Positions 9,651 to 18,264 of a stretch of DNA of 64,000 bases are shown piece after piece. Origin of the DNA: Thermoproteota archaeon (GTDB taxonomy: Archaea > Korarchaeota > Korarchaeia > Korarchaeales > Korarchaeaceae); the NCBI GenBank assembly GCA_027491415.1, contig JAOZFH010000047.1, positions 1 to 64,000 on the forward strand. The letters are read 5' to 3'. The position numbers and the translations under genes are program-made. Below the pieces are notes generated by a model. It was given only the letters and a program-made list of their open reading frames with translations, searched no databases and was not told the origin of the DNA. Position 1 is the stretch's first letter. Each line of letters opens with the position of its first letter.

Positions 9651-10562
9651 TCACGCGACGCGCCTTATCTCGGCGGCGAGCTCCGGTATCACCGAGGCCT
9701 TGGAGCCGGCCCACTCAAGTGTGTCGGTGGCAACTATCACGTCCCCGCCAGCGCCCAGTATCCTGTCCAGCGCGCCCTGTGCAAGGACCGGGTGGACGAA
9801 CGCCGAGAAGACCCTCCTGGCCCCCATCCTCCTGGCGGCGGCTATCGCGGCCGCCATGGTCCCGCCGGTGGACACGATGTCGTCGACCACGACTACATCC
9901 CTCCCGGTGAGGTCGAACTCCTTGACGGTCATCTTGATCTCCCCGGTGTCCCTGTCCCTCTCCTTCACAAAAGACGTGTAGTCGCTTGCCTCAACGTGGT
10001 TGGCGAACTCCTCGGCCCAGATTATGGCCTCCTCGTCGGGGCCGACTATGAGGGGATCGCTCAAGTCGAATCTGCCGACCTCTCTGGCGAGCGCCGGGAT
10101 CCCGCTCACGTTGACGCCGGGTATCTCGTCGAAAAGGTCCCCAAATCTCTTGAGCCTGTGGAGGTGAACGGTGACGCTCAGGACGGCGTCGGCCCCTGCG
10201 TGGTAGAGGAGGTCTGCAACGTACTTCGAGCTCAGAGGTTCGCCGGGCCTGAAGATCTCGTCCTGCCTGGCGTACGGGAAGTAAGGAATCACCGCGATCA
10301 GGCGGCCCACCTTGAACTCCCTCTTCAGGTTCCTGAGGGTCAGCAGGACCTCCACTAGGTAATCGTTGGGCCTGCAGGCGGCCGCCTTCATTCGGAGGGC
10401 CAGGACCACCGTCTCTCCCCTGAGGACCTGCTCGGACCCCGCGAGGATTCTGGGCTGAAGCTCTCCATCTGGAAAGGTCCTTCTGGCGAGGAACACCATG
10501 TCAGCGGTCAGTTCAGATGCAAGAGACTTGGTAAACTCGTCTTCCGGTCCGACCACCAGCAT
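9651..10562 (-). CDS. prs: Ribose-phosphate pyrophosphokinase
   Basis: TFPDGE, PYFPYARQD, FRPGEP, VVVDDIVSTGGTM, VHPVL. Confidence 0.92.
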   Translation of the reverse strand: MLVVGPEDEFTKSLASELTADMVFLARRTFPDGELQPRILAGSEQVLRGETVVLALRMKAAACRPNDYLVEVLLTLRNLKREFKVGRLIAVIPYFPYARQDEIFRPGEPLSSKYVADLLYHAGADAVLSVTVHLHRLKRFGDLFDEIPGVNVSGIPALAREVGRFDLSDPLIVGPDEEAIIWAEEFANHVEASDYTSFVKERDRDTGEIKMTVKEFDLTGRDVVVVDDIVSTGGTMAAAIAAARRMGARRVFSAFVHPVLAQGALDRILGAGGDVIVATDTLEWAGSKASVIPELAAEIRRVA

Positions 10563-10620
10563 GATGGATCTCGAAGTCTCGCAGCCTCAGGGATTAATGG
10601 TTTCCCGAACAAGATCCCCC

Positions 10621-11478
10621 ATGAAGGGGGTGACCTTTCCGTTGAGGGGCGAGTTTGAGAGCGCCGAGGAGCCGCGGACCAGCGAGGGTGAGATGTACCA
10701 TGTCGCACTCGGGCCTGGAGACGTCAGGAGGTACGCGCTTCTCCCGGGAGACGTAGAAAGGGCGGAGAAGATAGCCGCAGAGTGGGAAGAGCGTAGGCTC
10801 GTGGCGAAGCACAGGGAGTACGTCACTTACGTGGGTAGGTATGGGGGCGTGGACCTGATGGTCACGTCTACGGGCATCGGGGGGCCGGCCGCAGCGATCG
10901 CGGTCGACGAACTCTCCAGGCTCGGCGTGGACACCTTCATCAGGGTGGGGAGCACGGGGACCATAAGGCCGGAGGTCGAGCTGGGAGATCTCGTGATCTC
11001 CCTCGGGGCAGTAAGGCTAGACGGCGCCAGCGCGCAATACGTCAGGCCCGAATACCCCGCGGTGGCCCACTACGAGGTTGTGATGGCCCTCGTGGAGGCC
11101 GCCGAGTCGCTCGGATACAGGTACCACCTCGGCATCACGGCATCGACGGACAGCTTCTACACCGGACAGGGGAGACGAGGGTGTTGCGGATACTGGCAGA
11201 GCTGGATGAATAGCATAATTCCCGACCTGCAGTCTGCTGGTGTCGTCAACATCGAGATGGAGGCCGCCACGATCTTCACTCTGGCCTCGCTCTTCGGGCG
11301 GAGGGCCGGAGCGGTCTGCGCGGTCTACGCGCAGAGGGTGAGGGATGAGTTCGCGATAGCTGGGGAGAGAGAGGCCATAAAGACGGCGAACGAGGCGGTG
11401 AGGATTCTAGCGAAGTGGGATGAAGCCAAGAGGTCTGCCGGCAAGAGACACTTCTACCCGAGTCTGCTCAGGAGGTGA
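10621..11478 (+). CDS. udp: Uridine phosphorylase (PNP/UDP family)
   Basis: MYH, LLPGD.ER, HREY, STGIGGP, FIRVGSTG, DSFYTGQ.R, NIEME; start ATG 10621 or TTG 10642 (after GGGGTGA). Confidence 0.92.
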   Translation: MKGVTFPLRGEFESAEEPRTSEGEMYHVALGPGDVRRYALLPGDVERAEKIAAEWEERRLVAKHREYVTYVGRYGGVDLMVTSTGIGGPAAAIAVDELSRLGVDTFIRVGSTGTIRPEVELGDLVISLGAVRLDGASAQYVRPEYPAVAHYEVVMALVEAAESLGYRYHLGITASTDSFYTGQGRRGCCGYWQSWMNSIIPDLQSAGVVNIEMEAATIFTLASLFGRRAGAVCAVYAQRVRDEFAIAGEREAIKTANEAVRILAKWDEAKRSAGKRHFYPSLLRR

Positions 11479-11482
11479 GGGC

Positions 11483-12394
11483 TTGACCAAGATAGTAGCC
11501 GTCGGGAACGCCAACATCGACATCACGGTGTTTCTGCAGGAGGTTCCTAGGCCGGACGAGGATGTGGACGCTGATTCCGTGTCGCTGGGAATCGGAGGAA
11601 GCGCGTCCAACTTTGCCTCTACCTGCGCGCTGCTGGGCGAGGAGACCTCGATCGTCGCCGTGGTCGGCGGTGACCCCCTCGGCTCCCTCTACCTGAAGGA
11701 GATAACCCAGAGAGGCGTGGACACCGGGCTCGTCGAGGTGAGGGCCGACTCGCAGACCGGGTTCGTCGTGATTCTCAACGTAGCTGGATCCCAGAGGAGG
11801 ATGATTCGGTACCGCGGCGCGAACCTCCTACTCGCTGGCGACGTGCTCAGGAGGCGCGGCGAGGCTCTGAGGTCGGCCGAAGTCGTACACACATCCAGCG
11901 TAAGGCCCGCGGTAGTGCGGACCCTCATTGAGATGGGCCTCAGGCTCTCGTGGGATCCAGGTTGGACTGCCGTCAGTAGATACAAAGAGGAGGTATCCGA
12001 ACTCATGGAGACAGGTCGAATCCTCCGCGCATTCTTCAACGAGAAGGAACTGAGGGCAATGACGCGGTTGGACGACCTGAAGAGGGGGGCGACTGCCATT
12101 CACGAGATGGGAGTGGAAGAGGTCGTGGTTAAGAGGGGGGAAGCTGGCAGTGCAGCCCTAATCTTGAGAACCTGGTACGAGGCCCCCGCCCTACGGGTGA
12201 GAGCCGTAGACACAACAGGCGCTGGGGACGTGTTCGACGGGGCTTATACAGTCGCTAGGTTGAGGGGGCTTAGTCCCGGAGAGGCCCTGAGGGCAGCGAA
12301 CTTCGCCGCTGGGAAGACCGTAGAAGTCCCGGGAGCAGTCAGGGGTTTGCCTTCATGGAGTGAGATTCAATCATTCCTCAATGGAACCAGCTAG
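11483..12394 (+). CDS. PfkB/ribokinase family kinase
   Basis: VGNANID, GGSASN, VGGD, NEKE, VKRGEAG, DTTGAGDVF; TTG start after GGAGGTGA. Confidence 0.92.
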   Translation: MTKIVAVGNANIDITVFLQEVPRPDEDVDADSVSLGIGGSASNFASTCALLGEETSIVAVVGGDPLGSLYLKEITQRGVDTGLVEVRADSQTGFVVILNVAGSQRRMIRYRGANLLLAGDVLRRRGEALRSAEVVHTSSVRPAVVRTLIEMGLRLSWDPGWTAVSRYKEEVSELMETGRILRAFFNEKELRAMTRLDDLKRGATAIHEMGVEEVVVKRGEAGSAALILRTWYEAPALRVRAVDTTGAGDVFDGAYTVARLRGLSPGEALRAANFAAGKTVEVPGAVRGLPSWSEIQSFLNGTS

Positions 12395-12469
12395 GGCGAC
12401 TCCGGGTGGATTCTGCCGATGTGTAAAAGGTTTAGAAAAATCCACCGAGGTCTCGCGGGGGTGTCCGGG

Positions 12470-13654
12470 TTGCCGGGTTTCGCCGATCGAATGTCTAAGT
12501 TGGGGGTTGAGGGTGCCTTCATAGTCCTCGCCAGGGCTAAGGAGCTCGAGAGGCAGGGGAAGAAGATAATTCACTGTGAGATAGGTCAGCCTGACTTCGA
12601 CACGCCAGCCCACATTAAGGAGGCCGCCAAGAAGGCCCTTGACGAAGGGTTCACGGGATACACACCATCGGCGGGTATAATGGAGCTCAGAGAGGCCATA
12701 GCCGAGTACGTCTCAAAGACCAGGGGGATAGACGTGACCCCCGACCAAGTCGTCGTCACCGTGGGCGCCAAGATTGGGATCTTCTCGGCGCTCATGGCCT
12801 TCGTGAACCCTGGAGAGGAAGTAATCATTCCGATGCCCGCCTACCCGTCGTATGAGAGCGTCACGGAGTTCGTGGGCGGGGTTGTGAAGCCTGTCGTGCT
12901 AAAGGAGGAGAGGGAGTTCTCGCCCAGCGGCGAGGAGATAGCCAAGGCCGTCACGGACAGGACTAAGGTCATCGTGATCAACACGCCATCCAACCCGACA
13001 GGTGGGGTCTACAAGAGAAAGGACCTTGAGGCCATAGTGGAGGTCGCCAAGGAGCACGATCTCTGGATAATCTCCGACGAGATCTACGAAGACATCATAT
13101 TCGACGGAAAGAAGCACGAGAGCATCCTTTCGATACCCGGCGCAGAGGAGAGGGCCGTCATGCTCAGCGGGTTCTCCAAGACCTACGCAATGACCGGTTG
13201 GAGGCTCGGCTACGTGGTAGCCCCCAAGGAGGTCGCCGACAAGATCACCAAGATCCAGCTCAACACGGTCTCCTGCCCCGTCTCCTTCGTCCAGAAGGCT
13301 GGCATCGCCGCGCTCAAGGGGCCCAGAGATGAGATCGAGGCGATGGTCCGGGAGTACGAGGAGAGGAGGGACCTCCTCTACAGGGAGATCAACAGGATAC
13401 CTGGCTTCAGCATGATCAAGCCCGCCGCCACGTTCTACGCCTTCCCGAACGTCAAGGAGCTCGGCGTGAAGTCAAAGGAGCTCGCCAACATGCTCCTAGA
13501 GGAGGCCGGCGTGGCGCTGCTCCCTGGAACCGACTTCGGCGCTCCGGGAGAGGGCTACCTGAGGCTCTCATTCGCCACCTCGAAGGAGAACCTGATGGAG
13601 GCCATGGAGAGGATCAGGGCGTTCGTTGAGGAGAAGTTCCCAAACGTTTCCTGA
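12470..13654 (+). CDS. Class I/II PLP aminotransferase (aspartate/aromatic aminotransferase)
   Basis: IGQPDF, TGYT, NTPSNPTG, SDEIY, GFSKTYAMTGWRLGY, YLRLSFA; start TTG 12470 after GGGGTG. Confidence 0.93.
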   Translation: MPGFADRMSKLGVEGAFIVLARAKELERQGKKIIHCEIGQPDFDTPAHIKEAAKKALDEGFTGYTPSAGIMELREAIAEYVSKTRGIDVTPDQVVVTVGAKIGIFSALMAFVNPGEEVIIPMPAYPSYESVTEFVGGVVKPVVLKEEREFSPSGEEIAKAVTDRTKVIVINTPSNPTGGVYKRKDLEAIVEVAKEHDLWIISDEIYEDIIFDGKKHESILSIPGAEERAVMLSGFSKTYAMTGWRLGYVVAPKEVADKITKIQLNTVSCPVSFVQKAGIAALKGPRDEIEAMVREYEERRDLLYREINRIPGFSMIKPAATFYAFPNVKELGVKSKELANMLLEEAGVALLPGTDFGAPGEGYLRLSFATSKENLMEAMERIRAFVEEKFPNVS

Positions 13655-13752
13655 TCCCCTCCTCCCCCTCTTTATCCCGCGTGAATGCCGGCGGGGAGCT
13701 CCTCGGGTGGGGCCCTACGTCTCTGAAGGAGTCGCCTGCTTCAGACTGATAC

Positions 13753-14262
13753 CTATATGCGCAGGATCTCAGCTGAGGGGTCCTCCGTGTCCAGGATGGC
13801 GATTGTTCTGTCCCCCGTAAGGCACCCGCAGGCCTCTCCCGGATTGAGCACAAGCGCAGAGCCGATCCGCGTGACTTCTGGCTCGTGAGTGTGACCATAG
13901 AGGACGATCTCGTAGTCTCCTGAACCCGCCAACAGGCGGGCCACGGTCTTCGTCAGCTTAAGCGAACCGAAGCCATGAAATAAGATTGCCCTTCTGTCTC
14001 CGAGCCACGTCTCAACGGGAGACGGGTGGAACGTCACATCCCCCTCGAGCGCGTCGAGGACCAGCTTGAACTCGGCCTCGTTGTTTCCCCTCAGAAGCAG
14101 CGTGGGGATCCCACTGTTGATTATGGGTTTAAGCGAGAAGGGGGAGACCAGATCCCCCAGGTGAACTACCTTGTCTACTGCCCTGGCCGCAAACATCTGG
14201 TAGGCGACCTCTATCGCCTCGAGGTCGTCGTGCGTGTCCGAGATGACTCCCACGAGCAACAT
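13753..14262 (-). CDS. Metallophosphoesterase, YfcE/MJ0936 family
   Basis: ISDTHD, HLGD, RGNNE, FHG, YGHTH, LNPGE. Confidence 0.92.
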   Translation of the reverse strand: MLLVGVISDTHDDLEAIEVAYQMFAARAVDKVVHLGDLVSPFSLKPIINSGIPTLLLRGNNEAEFKLVLDALEGDVTFHPSPVETWLGDRRAILFHGFGSLKLTKTVARLLAGSGDYEIVLYGHTHEPEVTRIGSALVLNPGEACGCLTGDRTIAILDTEDPSAEILRI

Positions 14263-14299
14263 TCACCCCCCCACGGAGAACTCTCGGGGAAGAGCCGCG

Positions 14300-14626
14300 C
14301 TACCTAGTGAGTCGGGAGAGCCCCTCGGCTATCTCCATCACGGCCGACTCCACTGACTTCTTAGAGGTCTCATGCGCTATTATGCCCCTCGACTCGATTA
14401 TGTCCCTGCTCTCAGGGTCCATCTCACCTGAGATTATGGCTCCGCAGTCCTTGAGCACATCCAGCGCTGAGGTCGCCCCCTGCCCCCTCCTGGTGTTCAC
14501 CCTGAGTTCAACCCTGGTGGGGCTCTTGCCCGTCAGGTCGTATATCGCAAAATACCGGGCCTGGTAAAAAGGCCCCTCCTTAACCTCAGACCCGTCATCG
14601 GTAGCTACTGCAACTCTGATGGGCAA
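14300..14626 (-). CDS. NifB/NifX-family (MTH1175-like) small protein
   Basis: IRVAVATDDG, FYQARYFAIYD, LKDCGAIISGEM, ESRGI. Confidence 0.8.
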   Translation of the reverse strand: MPIRVAVATDDGSEVKEGPFYQARYFAIYDLTGKSPTRVELRVNTRRGQGATSALDVLKDCGAIISGEMDPESRDIIESRGIIAHETSKKSVESAVMEIAEGLSRLTR

Positions 14627-14703
14627 AACCCTGAACCTCCCTCGGGTGTATCTACTGGGACCGCGCGGGCGTGGTCACCCAAATAAATTGATGTGGTTCA
14701 GGC

Positions 14704-15741
14704 TCAGGACTCCAGCAACTCCGAAATCCGCCTAAGGAGGGTCTCTAGTTGCTGGGCCCTCACGGCGGCCTCCACAAATCCTCCAGATCCGAAGTAGCCC
14801 CCCTCCAAGTCCAACATCGAGAGGTGAACTAAGGAGGGCAGGTCCTTGCGCTGGGCGCGGGATCTCAGGGAAACGACGGCCATGACGTCGTCCGAGTACA
14901 CTGCTCCAGCCACATCTCTGCCCGATGAGAGACTATCTGCCGCGACGTGCCGTATCCTCGGATCTTCTACCGAAATTACGAGAAGGCTCTGAGAACTAAT
15001 CAGTGGCTTCACTTGGACCAGGGAGCCTAAAATCGCCTTCCCTCGATCTGCCAGACCAAGTAGGGCCTTAGACAACGGGTATCTGCCCCCTAGGAGGCAG
15101 GTGGGGTCCTCAAAGCATTCCTCCAGGGCTGCAACCCCGAGCACCACTCCCGACTCGGGATCCCCGGCCACCGCCTCCAGCAGAGTTTCATACACCCGGG
15201 AAACGACACCCTCGCTCTCTCTCGACGCCTCAGCATGGGGGCTGATCTCACATCTCGCGCCAGGTTCCAGGCAGCCTATTCTGCCCACCCACAGGTCGGG
15301 CGGCAAATCAGGGCAGAGGTACTGAGCCACGGTCAGCGCCACCCGCGACGCGGGCAGCGGAGGAAGTCCCGACCCCAAGGGATTCAGCCTGAGAACTCTG
15401 GCTGGGATTCGGGGTCGATCAATCTCGTAGTGATCTATCACGAGAACCTGACCCCACAGCTGCTCGGCAACCTCGATTGGACCGGGCCCGGCGGGAATAA
15501 GATCGACGAGGACGAGTGCAGAATCCTCTGCGAAGGCCTCCTCGACGACTGAGAGCAGCTCTTCTGGAAGTGCCGGTCTCAAGGAGACTCCGACTCCCTG
15601 CTCCGAGATGGCCCTTCGAAGCAGAGCCGTTGCCGCCATCGAATCGGGCCAAGGACCGTGGACTAGGAAGGCGCTGTCGACCTCGTCCAGCACCTCTGCA
15701 AACATCCTGGCCCAGGAGGCAATGGGGCTACTACTCGCCAA
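14704..15741 (-). CDS. Inactivated DHH-family (RecJ/GAN/Cdc45-like) protein
   Basis: Degenerate motif I HGPWPDSMAATALL, motif II LVLVDL, motif III VIDHY, LNP...PAS, DHHA1-like VSLRS. Confidence 0.65.
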   Translation of the reverse strand: MASSSPIASWARMFAEVLDEVDSAFLVHGPWPDSMAATALLRRAISEQGVGVSLRPALPEELLSVVEEAFAEDSALVLVDLIPAGPGPIEVAEQLWGQVLVIDHYEIDRPRIPARVLRLNPLGSGLPPLPASRVALTVAQYLCPDLPPDLWVGRIGCLEPGARCEISPHAEASRESEGVVSRVYETLLEAVAGDPESGVVLGVAALEECFEDPTCLLGGRYPLSKALLGLADRGKAILGSLVQVKPLISSQSLLVISVEDPRIRHVAADSLSSGRDVAGAVYSDDVMAVVSLRSRAQRKDLPSLVHLSMLDLEGGYFGSGGFVEAAVRAQQLETLLRRISELLES

Positions 15742-18205
15742 CCCTCTCCCACCTCAAGGCGGCCCAGAGCAGGAGGACCGAGGAGGTTAGCAGTGTGATC
15801 GTCAGAGGGACTATCGGATCTAGCTCTCTGCGGGGAGCCGCCTCCAGCTGGCTCAACTCATCCTCGACCTCCGAGAGGGTGTTGGCAGCGGATTGATAGT
15901 CTCCCGCCTCGATCTGGCTCTCTGCGCGGTTCAGCGCGTCCTCCAACTCACCTAACCCGGCCGGCGAGGTGGCCCAGGGCAGGAGAGATCGCTCGCGAAG
16001 GGTTTTAACTCTCCTCCTGAGTTCCGTGAGCTGGCCTATGAGCTCCTCTCGGGTCACGCCAGCCCTCTCGACGATCCTTATCCTGAGGGGGTCTCCCGCG
16101 ATTATCGTGTTGTTCACGGTGACTACCACGGGCAGCAGATATGATCCGGGTTCATCACCGGCCCTCAGGGTAATCCAGACCGTTCCAGGAACGGGAAACT
16201 CGAGGGTAAGATTGTCTTGAAGGGTTCCGTTCGATGCGACCACCGTGAATCCATCGGGGAACCTCGCGACGGCCACACCTGCCGGGCCGCTCACCCGCAG
16301 GGACACGTTCACCACGCTACCTGTGAAAGCCCTCAATGGGCCCATGGCGGCGTAAGAGTGAGGAATCGCTCCCACGGTGACGTTCACCGTCCCTCTTTCT
16401 ATGACCCTCCCCCAGGGAAACGTGCCCTCTACAGCTATGTGAACAGGAAACTTGCCCGGCCTGTCCGACGTCATTTGAAGACTAACGTTAAGGGTCTCGT
16501 TGGGTGATACCCTATCTACGTGGTGCGTCAACGAGCCGGAGACCGATAAGTTCCTTGGAACTGTGACGTTTAGATCCACGTTTTGGGCCGGGGCACCGAA
16601 TCTAACCGTGAGAGTCAGGTTAAACGGTATCAGGGGTAGGGCCTCCTCTGGGAGGTCCACTCGTAGGGTCAGAGGGGTTTTCAGAATGTGGACCTCAATC
16701 GGACCCACAGTCGGTTCAAGGCTGAGACCAAACGCCTCATCGCACACTTTGGAACTCGCCACAACTCTGTATAGGCCTGGGGACAGATTCAGCTCGACTG
16801 GCGTTATCCCCGCAGAATCCGGACCGAGCACCGAGAGGGACGGGGGGTATGTGAGGTTAGCCCCATCCACCGCGACTAGGGTGGAGTTAACTGTCATACT
16901 CCTGTCGCCCCTGTTAAGGAGTTCGAAGATCAACCTGACCGCGTCCCCTGCTCGGGCGTAGACATCAGACCCGTTGAGGCAGATCAGCTGCACAGAAGGC
17001 AGGATGCCTATCCTTCTCTCAATCGAGAGGATTGTGGTATCGTTTAGAGATATGTGGGCGCCTATGGACCCGGAGGTGCCGTGGTCAAGGTGGGGCAGGG
17101 CTATGTTGATTGGCAGCTCTCCTGGCCCAGCTTCTGGGAGCGCCAGAGACACCGACAGAGGTGGATCCGTGAGGTACATGGTAACGTTTAGGCTACCGTG
17201 TCCCGACAATTGGAGTGTTGCTTTGATTTCTGAGCCAGCGACGGCTGGGGCTTCTGGGAGTTGGAGGCTCGCGGCCCCTTCGCTTGGAAGGGTCAGCTTC
17301 AGTCTATAGACCACCCTTCCGTCGACTACGACCCTGTACGTTTTCACGCTAGCGTTTGCGGGGACGGAGATTAGGGCTGCCCACTTCCTTTGAAGTTCGG
17401 GCGACAGTATCCTGACTACCTCCTCTGATGGCAACCTCACTGCGATGAACTCGAAGCTCGGGTTGAAGGATATCTCACCGGTTATGGGGATCGCTCGGTT
17501 TAGCACGTAGGTACCGGCGGTCCCTGCGATGCCCGTGCTTATGAGAACGTAAGATCCTTCGTCGGAAGCGTACCAAACCTCGGCTCCAGCCCTAGAGATG
17601 GAAAGAACGCTGTAGCGCCCGAGGGCTTCACTCCTCAGTCTGTACAGATAACCCGTGTCCACGTCCAAGAACAACCAAGCACCCGTCTCATTATCGAGGG
17701 CGCCGCGGAGGGTTACCTCTTCGTCCCCTTCTGCCAAGACCAGCGTACCATTAGCTTCTGTGAATGTGAAGTTCTCCACTCTGGATTCGAATTTCGCCAC
17801 CATGGGGTCCTCAGCTAAAATACCGGGCGGGATCACCAGCAGGTCTCCCACGCGGAGAGACCCGTTAAGCTCGTATTTCTCTCCATACATCACCTTCGGT
17901 TGTTCAAAGGCCATGAGAACTGCCCAAAAGCCCCTAAAGATCTCGACAGGTCTCCATGCCTCTGTAATCTCTCCGCGCTCCCTTAACTCAATGTGGTACA
18001 TCTCCAAGACCTCAACCTTGGCCCCGGGGACGTCCGTCTCGATCGATCTGGCCGGACCGGAGAGCGGGATCATGACGAGAGAGCCAGGAAATGCCACCAA
18101 GTCGGCTGGCTCAGGCTGGCTTTGGGCAAGAGTCGGTGCGGGAGAGAGGAGGATCGCGAGAACAGTCAGAAGTGCTGCGAACGCAAATCTCCTTGTGGAC
18201 CCCAC
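15731..18205 (-). CDS. Large secreted/cell-surface protein with Ig/CARDB-like domains, coiled coil and C-terminal membrane anchor
   Basis: Signal peptide RRFAFAALL...TLA; beta-rich body with many N-x-S/T sequons; helical stalk; C-terminal TM; GTG 18205 fits the TATA at 18232 (track start 18226). Confidence 0.8.
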   Translation of the reverse strand: MGSTRRFAFAALLTVLAILLSPAPTLAQSQPEPADLVAFPGSLVMIPLSGPARSIETDVPGAKVEVLEMYHIELRERGEITEAWRPVEIFRGFWAVLMAFEQPKVMYGEKYELNGSLRVGDLLVIPPGILAEDPMVAKFESRVENFTFTEANGTLVLAEGDEEVTLRGALDNETGAWLFLDVDTGYLYRLRSEALGRYSVLSISRAGAEVWYASDEGSYVLISTGIAGTAGTYVLNRAIPITGEISFNPSFEFIAVRLPSEEVVRILSPELQRKWAALISVPANASVKTYRVVVDGRVVYRLKLTLPSEGAASLQLPEAPAVAGSEIKATLQLSGHGSLNVTMYLTDPPLSVSLALPEAGPGELPINIALPHLDHGTSGSIGAHISLNDTTILSIERRIGILPSVQLICLNGSDVYARAGDAVRLIFELLNRGDRSMTVNSTLVAVDGANLTYPPSLSVLGPDSAGITPVELNLSPGLYRVVASSKVCDEAFGLSLEPTVGPIEVHILKTPLTLRVDLPEEALPLIPFNLTLTVRFGAPAQNVDLNVTVPRNLSVSGSLTHHVDRVSPNETLNVSLQMTSDRPGKFPVHIAVEGTFPWGRVIERGTVNVTVGAIPHSYAAMGPLRAFTGSVVNVSLRVSGPAGVAVARFPDGFTVVASNGTLQDNLTLEFPVPGTVWITLRAGDEPGSYLLPVVVTVNNTIIAGDPLRIRIVERAGVTREELIGQLTELRRRVKTLRERSLLPWATSPAGLGELEDALNRAESQIEAGDYQSAANTLSEVEDELSQLEAAPRRELDPIVPLTITLLTSSVLLLWAALRWERVGE

Positions 18206-18231
18206 GGCGCACCACCGGCGCCACACAGAAA

Positions 18232-18237
18232 TTTAAA
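18232..18237. promoter_or_regulatory. Palindromic TATA box shared by divergent genes
   Basis: TTTAAA about 27-28 nt from GTG 18205 (-) and ATG 18265 (+). Confidence 0.6.
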
Positions 18238-18264
18238 GCGGAGGAGTAGGCACCTTAGGTTTCC

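Noticed and set aside
14300-14626. NifX-like gene as evidence of nitrogen fixation
   Set aside because: The family is widespread in non-diazotrophs; no nif genes in the window.
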